DNA from: Clostridiales bacterium
Lineage (GTDB): Bacteria > Bacillota > Clostridia > Oscillospirales > Acutalibacteraceae
Reading direction: 5' to 3'
DNA length: 64,000 nucleotides
Assembly: GCA_012840445.1 (NCBI GenBank)
Contig: DULI01000006.1
Location: forward strand, 63,240 to 127,239
Notes under the pieces: model-generated
The model's input: the letters and a program-made list of their open reading frames with translations, nothing else
What the model was told of the DNA's origin: nothing
Databases searched by the model: none
Shown: positions 18,428-28,197 of the stretch, in pieces
How the letters are laid out: every line of letters begins with the position of its first letter
How positions within the stretch are numbered: the first letter of the stretch is position 1
Position numbers and translations under genes: made by a program

Positions 18428-18865
18428 TTAGGCTTTGACAGCGGTTCTTTTTAAAAAACTTTTGCCAAAATACCTGTTGGCTTTAAGCAGCATATTATAA
18501 AGCTTTTCAGCAATAGGAATGCACACCGAGCATAATATACCCCACAGCACCGAATAAAGCAGGCATATTTGCCCGCGGATATTAAAGGGAATTCTGCTGT
18601 AGTCCCATACATTCAGCCTCATCCACAAATTGAATATGCAGCCAAAAACAAATTCCACAGCGGTTATAATAATGCTTCCCAGTATGCATTTATAAAGAAG
18701 GCATGCATTGCGTAGTTTCCTTGCAACATTGCCTATACACAAAAAACACAGGCCGCCCGCCATAAACATGCTCCAATGGGTCCGCCCGCGCCAGAGTATT
18801 TCAATCAGGCAGTAAAAAAACGCGCCAATCCCAAACACAATACAGTGTGCCACACCCTTTTTCAC
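18428..18865 (-). CDS. small polytopic membrane protein (resembles the putative ABC-transporter type IV / CmpB-like family)
   Basis: 145 aa with 4 hydrophobic segments and the motif WDYSRIPFNIRGQICLLYS. The family assignment is from memory only. Confidence 0.55.
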   Translation of the reverse strand: MKKGVAHCIVFGIGAFFYCLIEILWRGRTHWSMFMAGGLCFLCIGNVARKLRNACLLYKCILGSIIITAVEFVFGCIFNLWMRLNVWDYSRIPFNIRGQICLLYSVLWGILCSVCIPIAEKLYNMLLKANRYFGKSFLKRTAVKA

Positions 18866-18983
18866 TCTTCACACCCCTTTTGTTTTGCTCCTTATTACTT
18901 TTCCACGGCCATAAAAACTTATACCTTTTTTCTAAAATATTTGACACATCCTGTTGTTTGTGTTATTCTAAAATTGACAAATA

Positions 18984-19140
18984 CAGGGGAGCCCTTTGGG
19001 CTGAGAGGAAGCGTCCGCTTCGACCCTTTAACCTGATCTGGATAATGCCAGCGTAGGGAGTAATACTATTTATATCGGCGGTACCGTACCACCGCCAGTA
19101 TATCTGTTTACTCCCGCTAATTTTAGCGGGATTTTATTTT
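18984..19140 (+). promoter_or_regulatory. TPP (THI-box) riboswitch with terminator expression platform
   Basis: Canonical aptamer core CAGGGGAGCCCTTTGGGCTGAGAGG...ACCCTTTAACCTGATCTGGATAATGCCAGCGTAGGGAG. It is followed by terminator CCCGCTAATTTTAGCGGG plus a T-run. ACTCCC can alternatively pair with GGGAGT. Confidence 0.9.
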
Positions 19141-19160
19141 ACCAAAAAGGAGATGTTAGC

Positions 19161-19460
19161 ATGAACGCAAGCGTTGCAATACAGGTACTGCCCTCCGTTC
19201 AGGGCAGCGACGAGGTGATACGCATTGTGGACAAGGTAATAGAGTATATAAAATCCACAGGGCTGAACTTCTTCGTGGGACCCTTCGAGACAACAATAGA
19301 GGGCGACCTCGACACCCTTCTGGACATCGTAAAGCAGTGCCAGCTCATCTGCATAAAAGAGGGCGCCCCCAGTGTAATGTCCTATGTAAAAATCAACTAC
19401 AAACCCGAAGGCAACGGGGTGCTAAGCATTGAAGAAAAGGTTTCAAAATATCACAAATAA
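19161..19460 (+). CDS. MTH1187/YkoF-related thiamine-binding protein (DUF77-like)
   Basis: 99 aa. It is the first gene after the TPP riboswitch, with an AAGGAG RBS. The N-terminus ASVAIQVLP...FVGPFETTIEGD is typical of the family. Confidence 0.7.
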   Translation: MNASVAIQVLPSVQGSDEVIRIVDKVIEYIKSTGLNFFVGPFETTIEGDLDTLLDIVKQCQLICIKEGAPSVMSYVKINYKPEGNGVLSIEEKVSKYHK

Positions 19461-20199
19461 ACTGTTTTCCCTCGCCGGCATAGGTCTTTTGCTGCTTGTC
19501 TGGCAGCTTATGTGCAGCTTTGGCATTATCGCGGATTACCTGCTTCCCTCTCCACTGAAAGTGGCAAAGGCCTTTGCCAAATCCTTCGGCGAACTGATGC
19601 AGCACGCAAAGACCTCTCTGCTTGAGTCCTTTTTTGGGCTTACAATAGGGCTAATACTCGCCTGTGTGCTGGCGGTGGCCATGGACAGGTTTAACATAAT
19701 ACACAGAATGGTCTATCCCCTGCTTGTCATCAGCCAGGCGGTTCCGGTGGTTGCCATCGCGCCGCTGTTAGTGCTCTGGGGCGGGTACGGCATTGCCCCG
19801 AAAGTGGTGTTAATAATAATAGTCTGTTTTTTCCCGATAGTAATAGGGCTGCTAGATGGGCTGCGCTCGGCAGATAAAGACCAGATAAACCTGCTTCGCG
19901 CAATGGGGGCAAACAGATGGCAGATTTTCTGGCATATAAAACTCCCCGGCGCGTTGCCAAGCTTCTTCCCCGGCTTTAAGGTGTCGGTCTCCTTTTCAAT
20001 CGTTGGGGCGGTAATCGCCGAATGGCTTGGTGGAAACAGCGGGCTTGGCGTTTATATGACCCGTGTCAGAAAATCCTATTCTTACGACAAAATGTTCGCG
20101 GTAATTTTCCTTGTTGTTGCAATAAGCCTTATACTTGTCTGGCTTGCCGGGCTGCTTGAGAAGCTTTGCATGCCCTGGAAAAACAAAAAGAGAACCTAA
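19429..20199 (+). CDS. ABC transporter permease (NitT/TauT-type; ThiX-like HMP/thiamine-precursor importer)
   Basis: Polytopic ORF with the EAA-like loop LRSADKDQINLLRAMGANRWQIFWHIKLPGALP. It lies in the TPP-riboswitch operon. Confidence 0.85.
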   Translation: MKKRFQNITNKLFSLAGIGLLLLVWQLMCSFGIIADYLLPSPLKVAKAFAKSFGELMQHAKTSLLESFFGLTIGLILACVLAVAMDRFNIIHRMVYPLLVISQAVPVVAIAPLLVLWGGYGIAPKVVLIIIVCFFPIVIGLLDGLRSADKDQINLLRAMGANRWQIFWHIKLPGALPSFFPGFKVSVSFSIVGAVIAEWLGGNSGLGVYMTRVRKSYSYDKMFAVIFLVVAISLILVWLAGLLEKLCMPWKNKKRT

Positions 20200-20212
20200 G
20201 GAGGATATTTTG

Positions 20213-21232
20213 GTGAAAAAAATAATAGCGCTCTTTCTCGTAATTGTATTGTGCATACTCAGCCTTACTGGCTGCAGAAATGGCAATTCACAAAACCAAA
20301 GCCAAGCCCAGACACAAAGCCAGCCGAATCAGGCTGCCAAAATCACCTTCGTTCTTGATTGGTTACCCAACACAAACCACACCGGCCTATACGTTGCCTT
20401 AAAAAAAGGTTATTTTGAGGAAGCGGGATTAGAGGTAGACATCCAGCAGCCCCCAGAGGACGGGGCCGAAGCATTGGTTGCCTCCGGCAAAGCCCAGTTT
20501 GGCGTAAGTTTTCAAGAAAATATCGGAATGATGCTGGACTCCGATTCGCCCATGCCCATAACCACCGTGGCAGCCATAATCCAGCACAACACCTCCGGTA
20601 TCATCTCGCTGAAATCCACCGGCATTACCTCGCCCAAAGGGCTTGAAGGCCGCACCTACGCAACATGGGACCTGCCGGTAGAAAAGGCAATATTAAAAGA
20701 TGTGGTCACAAAGGACGGCGGGGATTTTTCCAAGGTAAAAATGGTCCCCACCACCGTTACCGACGTAATCACAGCGCTTAACACAAATATTGACGCGGTA
20801 TGGGTATATTACGCCTGGGACGGCGTCGCCGCAAAAGTAAAAGGCATCGACTTTAACTTTTTCGCCTTTAAGGACATAAACCCAGCGCTTGATTTCTACA
20901 CGCCCATAATAATTGCAAATGATGAATATTTACAGCAAAACCCCGACACCGCAAAGGCATTCCTAAATGCTGTACGGCAAGGGTATGAGTTCGCGGCAGA
21001 GAACCCCGAAGAGGCTGCCGAAATCCTCTGTGAGGCAGTGCCGGAAATTGACATACAGATTGCAATAGAGAGCCAAAAGTACTTGGCAGAACAGTATATT
21101 GCGGGCGCTTCCCGATGGGGAGAAATTGATCTTCAGCGCTGGGATACATTTTTCAACTGGCTGTATGAAAACAAAATAATAGATAAACAAATCCCCTCGG
21201 GCAAGGGTTTTACAAACGATTATTTAAATTAA
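20213..21232 (+). CDS. NMT1/THI5-like ABC substrate-binding lipoprotein (ThiY-like)
   Basis: AAGGAGG RBS precedes the GTG at 20213. Lipobox LSLTGC is present, as is ITFVLDWLPNTNHTGLYVA, typical of NMT1/THI5-like binding proteins. Confidence 0.85.
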   Translation: MKKIIALFLVIVLCILSLTGCRNGNSQNQSQAQTQSQPNQAAKITFVLDWLPNTNHTGLYVALKKGYFEEAGLEVDIQQPPEDGAEALVASGKAQFGVSFQENIGMMLDSDSPMPITTVAAIIQHNTSGIISLKSTGITSPKGLEGRTYATWDLPVEKAILKDVVTKDGGDFSKVKMVPTTVTDVITALNTNIDAVWVYYAWDGVAAKVKGIDFNFFAFKDINPALDFYTPIIIANDEYLQQNPDTAKAFLNAVRQGYEFAAENPEEAAEILCEAVPEIDIQIAIESQKYLAEQYIAGASRWGEIDLQRWDTFFNWLYENKIIDKQIPSGKGFTNDYLN

Positions 21233-21244
21233 CAGGGGCTTAAT

Positions 21245-21982
21245 ATGTTGCTTGAAACCCAGAACTTATCAAAATCATTTGATGGTGTTAAAATCATAGA
21301 GGATATTAACCTTACCCTGAACAACAACGAAATTGTGGGGTTACTCGGTGTCAGCGGCGTGGGGAAAAGCACCCTTTTTAACCTGCTGTCAGGGCTACTG
21401 CTGCCCGATTCAGGCAAAATACTTCTTAATGGGCAGGATATCACCGGCAAAACGGGGATTATCAGCTATATGCAACAAAAGGATTTACTGCTGCCACACA
21501 AAAAAATTGCCGACAATATAGCCCTGCCGCTGGTACTAAAAGGCATAAAACGCAAAAAAGCGCACGAAATGGTCCTTAAGAAACTTCCGGAGTTTGGCCT
21601 TGAAGGCACCGAGCACAAATATCCCGACCAACTCTCCGGCGGCATGCGCCAGCGCGCAGCATTGCTTCGCACCTTTTTCTTTAACAGCCGAATTTCCCTG
21701 CTGGATGAGCCCTTCAGCTCCCTTGACACCATTACTAAAACCCAACTTCATTTGTGGTTTCTTAGTATAATAAGCAAGATAAACATGTCCTGCATACTTA
21801 TAACCCACGACATAGACGAGGCAATCTTTTTGTCCGACAGAATATATATCATGTCCGGCTCGCCGGGCAGGCTAACAAGCGAGATAACCGTCGGCGCCTC
21901 CCGCCCGCGGGATACAGGCTTTACAACCTCCGAAGAGTTTATGCGTATAAAAAAGGAAATTTTATGCTGTCTGCATTTTTAA
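21245..21982 (+). CDS. ABC transporter ATP-binding protein (ThiZ-like)
   Basis: Walker A GVSGVGKST, signature LSGGMRQR and Walker B LLDEPFS. Confidence 0.9.
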   Translation: MLLETQNLSKSFDGVKIIEDINLTLNNNEIVGLLGVSGVGKSTLFNLLSGLLLPDSGKILLNGQDITGKTGIISYMQQKDLLLPHKKIADNIALPLVLKGIKRKKAHEMVLKKLPEFGLEGTEHKYPDQLSGGMRQRAALLRTFFFNSRISLLDEPFSSLDTITKTQLHLWFLSIISKINMSCILITHDIDEAIFLSDRIYIMSGSPGRLTSEITVGASRPRDTGFTTSEEFMRIKKEILCCLHF

Positions 21983-22010
21983 AAACAGGAACCATAGGTT
22001 CCTGTTTTTT
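21981..22010 (+). terminator. intrinsic terminator
   Basis: AAAAACAGGAACC-ATAG-GTTCCTGTTTTTT. Confidence 0.7.
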
Positions 22011-22170
22011 GTTCAAAGTTCTTATATTTTACTCACTTTATTCTGCCAATATTCTGCTTTTCTATATATTGCATTTGCGGCATATGTATGATAACATTTA
22101 AGATGTGTTAATATAGTAACAATCCTGCCGTTTAGAACATTTTATTTATCGAACGAAAGGAAGCTCTATA

Positions 22171-23223
22171 TTGAGTGTCTCACTTCAGGATTTTATAAGC
22201 CAGCTTGTATCCAGTCCCGCATTAAGCATAACCGTTGTCTTGACTTTAGGGGTAATACTGGTAAACGGCTGGACCGACGCTCCCAACGCCATTGCGACAT
22301 GTGTTTCCACCCGTACCCTTTCTCCTGGTAAAGCAATTGTAATGGCATCGGTCTTTAATTTCCTCGGCGTTTTTGTAATGACCTTAATAAACAGCACTGT
22401 CGCCGAAACAATTTATAAAATGGTGGATTTCGGCAACAACCCAAACAATGCGCTTACCAGCCTTTGCGCCGCCTTGTTTGCGATCGTCACCTGGGCGACC
22501 GCCGCGTGGTATTTCGGAATACCCACCAGCGAAAGTCACGCACTGATCGCTGGGCTTTCGGGTGCCGCTATTGCCATAAATAACGGGCTTGAAGGAATTA
22601 ACGGCAGAGAGTGGCTTGACGTTATTATCGGCCTTGGCTTGTCCACCTTTTTGGGATTCGGTGCCGGCTTCGTCATCTCAAAGCTTACAGTATTTTTAGC
22701 CTCCGGCTTTGACAGGAGAAAGACCAACAAATTTTTTGGGGGGGCACAGGTTTTCGGCGCCGCGGCAATGGCCTTCATGCACGGCGCTCAGGACGGCCAG
22801 AAGTTTATGAGCGTGTTTTTGCTCGGCATGTTTTTAACCACAGGGGATACTTCGGTTAAAGAGTTCCAAATTCCTATCTGGCTTATGATACTTTGTTCGG
22901 TAGTTATGGCCCTTGGCACCTCAATCGGCGGCTACCGGATAATAAAAGCCGTGGGAATGGACATGGTAAAACTGGAGAAATACCAGGGCTTTGCTGCCGA
23001 CATTGCAGCTGCAGGTTGCCTGCTTTTGTCTTCACTCACAGGTATCCCGGTAAGCACCACCCACACTAAGACCACCGCTATTATGGGCGTTGGCGCCTCA
23101 AAGCGGTTTTCCTCAGTCAACTGGGGAATTGTCAAGGAAATGGTGCTGGCGTGGCTGTTAACCTTCCCGGGATGCGGTCTTTTGGGATATTTAATGGTCA
23201 AGCTTTTCATTCTGATCTTTTAA
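22171..23223 (+). CDS. inorganic phosphate transporter, PiT family
   Basis: TTG start with a GAAAGGAAG RBS. The PiT signature GWTDAPNAIAT appears in the first half and there is a pseudo-repeat GAQDGQKFM. Confidence 0.9.
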   Translation: MSVSLQDFISQLVSSPALSITVVLTLGVILVNGWTDAPNAIATCVSTRTLSPGKAIVMASVFNFLGVFVMTLINSTVAETIYKMVDFGNNPNNALTSLCAALFAIVTWATAAWYFGIPTSESHALIAGLSGAAIAINNGLEGINGREWLDVIIGLGLSTFLGFGAGFVISKLTVFLASGFDRRKTNKFFGGAQVFGAAAMAFMHGAQDGQKFMSVFLLGMFLTTGDTSVKEFQIPIWLMILCSVVMALGTSIGGYRIIKAVGMDMVKLEKYQGFAADIAAAGCLLLSSLTGIPVSTTHTKTTAIMGVGASKRFSSVNWGIVKEMVLAWLLTFPGCGLLGYLMVKLFILIF

Positions 23224-23255
23224 ACCGGCTACAAATTTGGGAGGAATAAAATATT

Positions 23256-23876
23256 ATGGCTCGTAAGCAGACTGACTATTTTAAAATGTTCGTGGATTTG
23301 GTGGACTATTCATGCAGCGCCGCCAAAATGCTTTACAACGTCATCAGCAAATACGACGAAAAACAGCTTGCCAAACGGCTTGAAGAGATACACAATATCG
23401 AGCATTCAGCCGATATCGCCAAACACAATATGATGCGCCTGCTCGTCAAGGAATTCATCACTCCCATCGACCGGGAAGACATTATCCAGTTGTCCCAAGA
23501 GATCGACGACGTAACCGACTCTATTGAGGATGTCATGTTAAGGCTGTATATGTTCAACATCACCACCATCCGCGACGACGCCCTGCTGTTCGCAGAGAAA
23601 ATTGTCGAGGCATGCAACGCCCTTAAAAAGGCAATGGAAGAATTCCACAACTTTAAGAAATCCAACAAGCTGCACGGGTTGCTTGTTGACATAGACAATA
23701 TCGAAGAACAGTGCGACAAGATCTACGCCGAATCGGTCAGAAAACTGTATTCCGGAAGCAACGACATCATGGAGATTATCAAATGGCGCAGCGTATACGA
23801 CCAGCTTGAAAAATGTTGCGATGCCTGCGAGCACGCCTCAAACGTTATCGAAAGCGTCATAATGAAAAACTCATAA
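23256..23876 (+). CDS. DUF47 family protein (PhoU-like phosphate transport regulator, TIGR00153-type)
   Basis: 206-aa helical protein adjacent to PiT. Contains the motif EIHNIEHSADIAKH. Confidence 0.8.
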   Translation: MARKQTDYFKMFVDLVDYSCSAAKMLYNVISKYDEKQLAKRLEEIHNIEHSADIAKHNMMRLLVKEFITPIDREDIIQLSQEIDDVTDSIEDVMLRLYMFNITTIRDDALLFAEKIVEACNALKKAMEEFHNFKKSNKLHGLLVDIDNIEEQCDKIYAESVRKLYSGSNDIMEIIKWRSVYDQLEKCCDACEHASNVIESVIMKNS

Positions 23877-23907
23877 AAATTGCCGGCCTCAAGGCCGGTT
23901 TTATTGT

Positions 23908-24903
23908 TTATCTGAACGCCAATATAGACAGTTTATAATTCTTATACTGCTCGGGCAGTAGGTTTACCGGCACATACTCTCTGTTGTCCAGAACATTTTC
24001 ATTAAGCAAAACCTCGTGTCCGTTGGTAAGCACCACAAAATCAAACCGGTAATCTTTGCCGTTGCCTTTTGCATAAATATATACAAAATCGTCCTTTCGC
24101 TCGGTTTTTGTAATCTCGTTGATGATTTTCAGATTTTCTTTATAAACAATCTCCATAACAGCCTGGGAGTCGTAAAACCAGCCGTGATATGGCGCGCACA
24201 AAAAATCCTCGCCCAATATATTTATCGACTGCAGTTTCCAGCCGCCGTTCTCAAACACGTTTTCAACAATGCCGTAGTAATATGCAAAACTTGTGGCTTT
24301 AGCCTTGTCTTGTTCCCTTTCTGAATCCCTGCTTCCCTTTATCACCTCAATCTCAAACATATAATAGCTTCCGCCATCAGGCGGATAGGCCGGATAAACT
24401 TTCAGCAGGGTTATGTGTCCAATGCCACTAAAAGAATCCTTGAACTGGTTAAGTGAGAGGCTTCTTTTTAATTCGCTGGACAGCAGTTCGTACGCATAGG
24501 GGTAAGGTATGTCCCCGTCCCCGATTGATCCGCAACCGGCAGTATACCCTTCCATATGCGCGGCTTCCCGCAAAATCCCGAAATATGCCAGTATGGCATC
24601 TTCGGGCTTTTGCAGCGTGTCAAGTCTTAAAGGATCTTCTGAAAAAAACTGATAATTATACGGATTTTCAACCGGCTTCTGGCAGGATGGCCTTTGGTAG
24701 CGCTGGCTGTAATCGCCATTCTGCGCCAGCGTGTGTGTTGCAAAGTCATCTTTTGGGCTTAAATCGTATACTCGCCCGCCCAAAAAAAGCGGCTGGGATT
24801 TGGGGATAAACATGTAAACCAGCGCCGCAATAATACCAAGTGCAATGACTATTAAAAATATAGCCAGAACTAGCCTGCTGAGCTTTATTATCATTAACCC
24901 CAC
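23908..24903 (-). CDS. hypothetical N-terminally membrane-anchored protein
   Basis: 331-aa ORF with a single TM (LVLAIFLIVIALGIIAALVYMFI). No family recognised. It is flanked by terminator hairpins. Confidence 0.55.
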   Translation of the reverse strand: MGLMIIKLSRLVLAIFLIVIALGIIAALVYMFIPKSQPLFLGGRVYDLSPKDDFATHTLAQNGDYSQRYQRPSCQKPVENPYNYQFFSEDPLRLDTLQKPEDAILAYFGILREAAHMEGYTAGCGSIGDGDIPYPYAYELLSSELKRSLSLNQFKDSFSGIGHITLLKVYPAYPPDGGSYYMFEIEVIKGSRDSEREQDKAKATSFAYYYGIVENVFENGGWKLQSINILGEDFLCAPYHGWFYDSQAVMEIVYKENLKIINEITKTERKDDFVYIYAKGNGKDYRFDFVVLTNGHEVLLNENVLDNREYVPVNLLPEQYKNYKLSILAFR

Positions 24904-25001
24904 CCCACTTTAGTTGTTATTTATACATATGAAAAAAAAGCACAAAAAAATTCGGCTGCCCTAAATAAGGACAGCCGGTTTTTTAATTTTTATACGGTGC
25001 T

Positions 25002-25488
25002 TTAGGTATTCTTGTTTTCGATGTTTTCACCCATAGTTTCGCCCGCAATCTCTTTCCCTAAATATTCAGGCATCTTAATGCCCGCCATTTTCAAGGTTTC
25101 ATTTAAAGGAGGAATAGATTTCATAATGCCGGAAAGAAAATTGGCGGTTGTGGGAGTGGAATTGCCCGAACCCATTGAATCCCATACAGTAATTTTGTCA
25201 ATCTGTAAATTCTTAATGGCCTCAACCTGGGTTTTGACCAATTCCTCAATTTTATCAACCAGCAACAGCTGAACCGCGGCCTCGGGACTGCCGCCCGACG
25301 CCTGAACAATCTAAAGCCTTCGACCTGCTTGGACATAATCTCCTGAATACCACGTGCCTGTGCTTCCATTGTGGCGTATATCGCGTCGGCTTCACCGCGG
25401 GCACGTCCCGGTGGCAGGCAGCGCGGCGCAGGCAAACACCTGTTGAAGCGCGGTCAGGTTATACCACCAGTCTAAAAACCATTGCATG
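25002..25488 (-). pseudogene. remnant of an nfeD-like/flotillin operon (deletion fusion plus frameshift)
   Basis: GAGGGGGA RBS plus ATG at 25488 gives MQWFLDWWYNLTALQQVFACAALPATG, which looks like the start of an NfeD-like membrane protein. Other frames then read GEADAIYATMEAQARGIQEIMSKQVEGF and IVQASGGSPEAAVQLLLVDKIEELVKTQVEAIKNLQIDKITVWD...TANFLSGIMKSIPPL, resembling a flotillin C-terminus. No SPFH domain is present. Confidence 0.55.
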
Positions 25489-25810
25489 TATATCCCCCTC
25501 TATCTAAAGGCGCGACAATTAATGTTTTGAACTAAAACCTGTTTTGCATTTTATAAGTATTCTATATAATAAAATATAATGATAAAACTATAATTACAAT
25601 CTTTTGTAAGCAATAGAAACATATGTTTATTCTACAACTAAATTTTGCTGTTATCAAACGCGCTGTTCAGTATTATGTATTTTTTGTTTTTGCTTTTTTA
25701 AAATCAAAACAAATAATAGGTACAAGTACACACCAAGATTTTGGCAGTTTACACTTCTATTTGCCGTGCACAAATGGTATAATATGTTGGTTAAGGATTT
25801 AAGGATCGGA

Positions 25811-26578
25811 GTGGGGTTATTGTTTATTACAATAAACAATCTTAAAATCCACTATACAGACCAAGGCGCAGGAGAGCCAATACTCCTCCTGCACGGCTGG
25901 GGCTCGTCGGTGGATGTGTGGAAAGGGATAATTTCAGCCTTTTGCGGCACCCACCGCCTTATTGCGCTCGACTTCCCCGGCTGCGGGAAGAGCAATATAC
26001 CCGACCGCCCGCTAAACAGCGATGACTATGCCAATCTGGTGCTTGAATTCACAAAAGCGCTTAACATAGAAAACCCCATACTAATCGGCCACTCCCACGG
26101 CGGCAGGACCATTATAAAGCTTGTGGGAAACGGCATGCTAACCCCCAAAAAAATAGTCCTTATCGACAGCGCGGGGCTTATCCCTAAAAAAAGCCTTAAA
26201 AAGAAGCTTAAAATCCGCGCCTTTAAAACAATAAAATGGGCCTTGACCCTGCCTTTTATAAAAAAATACACAGAAAGCTTGCTTGAAAAGGCAAGGTCAT
26301 ATTTTGGCTCTGCCGACTACAAATCCGCACCCGAGGTTTTGCGCAAAACTTTGGTCAACCTTGTTAACGAAGATTTGTCCCACCTGCTTCCTAAAATAAA
26401 GGCTTCCACGCTGCTTATCTGGGGGGACCAGGACACAGCAACTCCGCTGTCAGACGCGCAGAAAATGGAAAAACTAATACCCGACGCGGGGCTTTGCGTA
26501 ATAAAGGGTACCGGCCATTTTTCCTTTTTGGAACGTCCCTTTGAGGTAATCGCAATTCTCAAAAGCTTTCTCTCATAA
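25811..26578 (+). CDS. alpha/beta hydrolase
   Basis: HGWGSS oxyanion region, nucleophile elbow GHSHGG and a C-terminal GTGHF. The start is uncertain: GTG 25811 or TTG 25820 lie after a TGgTATAAT -10 box near 25776-25784. The track's longest start is 25766. Confidence 0.8.
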   Translation: MGLLFITINNLKIHYTDQGAGEPILLLHGWGSSVDVWKGIISAFCGTHRLIALDFPGCGKSNIPDRPLNSDDYANLVLEFTKALNIENPILIGHSHGGRTIIKLVGNGMLTPKKIVLIDSAGLIPKKSLKKKLKIRAFKTIKWALTLPFIKKYTESLLEKARSYFGSADYKSAPEVLRKTLVNLVNEDLSHLLPKIKASTLLIWGDQDTATPLSDAQKMEKLIPDAGLCVIKGTGHFSFLERPFEVIAILKSFLS

Positions 26579-26592
26579 ATAAACAGATTTAG

Positions 26593-28173
26593 GTGTATAT
26601 TATGCAGTCCATTTTCATTTCAAGCGCGCTGTTTGCAGTAACGGGTCTGTTCGCATTAACGCGGCACCTTCAACTGCTGCAGCAAAACTCCTATTTTCCT
26701 TCAAGATACTGCGGCTGGCTTAAAAAGTCATTTAAAGCCCGCTCTTTTGTGGCTGTCTTAATGCTTGTCTGCTCAATAATCGCCCTATTGCTTCAAAAGC
26801 AATGGGTGTTGCTGATAATTGCAGCTTTGCTTGTAATAAGAATACCTGTGGCTTTCAGGGATTACAAAGTTTCCATAAAACCCCTGGTCTTCACCGCACG
26901 GATTAAGCGAATATACGCCTGTGCCTTTTTAATTTTTGCGCTGCTGTCCGCCGCTTTCCTGCTTGTAAATTCATCCCCGCTAAAACTTGCGGTTTCGGCC
27001 GTAATTATGTTTTTAAGCCTCGTGCTGCCGGTCTTTGTTTTACTTGTATGGCTGTTGACTTTACCGGTTGAAAAATTAATATCTTTTAAATATACATCAG
27101 AGGCCAAAAGGATACTAAAACAAAACCCAAACCTTAAAATAATAGGCATAACAGGCAGCTATGGAAAAACCAGCACCAAGTTTTTTCTTGGACGGCTGCT
27201 TTCAGAAAAATACAATGTAGTAATTACCCCCGAAAACTTTAACACACCTTTGGGGATAGTGCGCACTATACGCGAGAAGCTTCGCCCCGACACCCAGGTT
27301 TTTGTCGTGGAGATGGGCGCTAAAAAGGTCGGGGATATTAAAGAGTGCTGCGAGCTGGTCCACCCCACAATGGGAATCATTACCTCCATCGGCCCCCAGC
27401 ACCTTGATACCTTCAAAAGCATTGACAATATAATAAAGACCAAATTTGAGCTTGCCGATTCGGTGGTTAGTGCCGGCGGCCGCATATTGCTTAATACCGG
27501 AAACGAATACATTCAAAAAAAGGCTTCTACAATACAAAACGCAATAACCTACGGCTCTGATAATGCCGACTACCGAGCCGAGAATATACAATACAGCCGC
27601 AGCGGCTTAAAATTCGACCTTGTAACCAAAGACAGGCGAATACCGCTTAATACTAGGCTCCTTGGCCACCACAATGTGCTAAATATCACCGCGGCAGCCG
27701 CGGCGGCCTTGGAACTTGGCGTATCGGAAAACGCCATAAAATATGCAGTGGCAAACCTCTCCCCCGTCCCCCACCGTTTAGAGCTTAAGAGTTATATTTC
27801 CGGCTCGGTTTTAATCGACGACGCCTATAACGCCAACCCAGAAGGCTGCCTTGAGGCGGTGCGGGTGCTAGGCTCTTTCGAGGGAATGACCAAAATTTTA
27901 GTCACCCCCGGCCTTGTGGAACTTGGGGATAAGGAATACGAATACAACCGAAGGCTTGGCGAATTTGCAGCCAGGGTATGCGATATCATAATTTTGGTTG
28001 GTGAAAAGCGCTCTGTCCCGCTTGCTGATGGTATAAAATCCACAGATTTTGACCTTAACAACCTTTACGTTGTGAAAAACATATTCGAGGCAATGTCAAA
28101 ATTAAGCACATTGGCCGACAGCAATACCGTAATACTCATAGAAAACGACCTGCCGGACAATTATGCGGGCTAA
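26593..28173 (+). CDS. Mur ligase family protein (MurF-like motifs) with an N-terminal polytopic membrane domain
   Basis: Residues ~1-160 form 4-5 hydrophobic helices. The P-loop GITGSYGKTS sits at ~185-194. VVEMGAKKVGDI, ITSIGPQHLDTF, DDAYNANPEG and PHRLE are also present. Confidence 0.85.
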   Translation: MYIMQSIFISSALFAVTGLFALTRHLQLLQQNSYFPSRYCGWLKKSFKARSFVAVLMLVCSIIALLLQKQWVLLIIAALLVIRIPVAFRDYKVSIKPLVFTARIKRIYACAFLIFALLSAAFLLVNSSPLKLAVSAVIMFLSLVLPVFVLLVWLLTLPVEKLISFKYTSEAKRILKQNPNLKIIGITGSYGKTSTKFFLGRLLSEKYNVVITPENFNTPLGIVRTIREKLRPDTQVFVVEMGAKKVGDIKECCELVHPTMGIITSIGPQHLDTFKSIDNIIKTKFELADSVVSAGGRILLNTGNEYIQKKASTIQNAITYGSDNADYRAENIQYSRSGLKFDLVTKDRRIPLNTRLLGHHNVLNITAAAAAALELGVSENAIKYAVANLSPVPHRLELKSYISGSVLIDDAYNANPEGCLEAVRVLGSFEGMTKILVTPGLVELGDKEYEYNRRLGEFAARVCDIIILVGEKRSVPLADGIKSTDFDLNNLYVVKNIFEAMSKLSTLADSNTVILIENDLPDNYAG

Positions 28174-28197
28174 CTCGATCTAGAAAGGGGTAGTTTT

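Noticed and set aside
25654-25839. 61-aa minus-strand ORF in the AT-rich gap
   Set aside because: It lies in AT-rich low-complexity sequence, has no RBS and overlaps the hydrolase promoter region.
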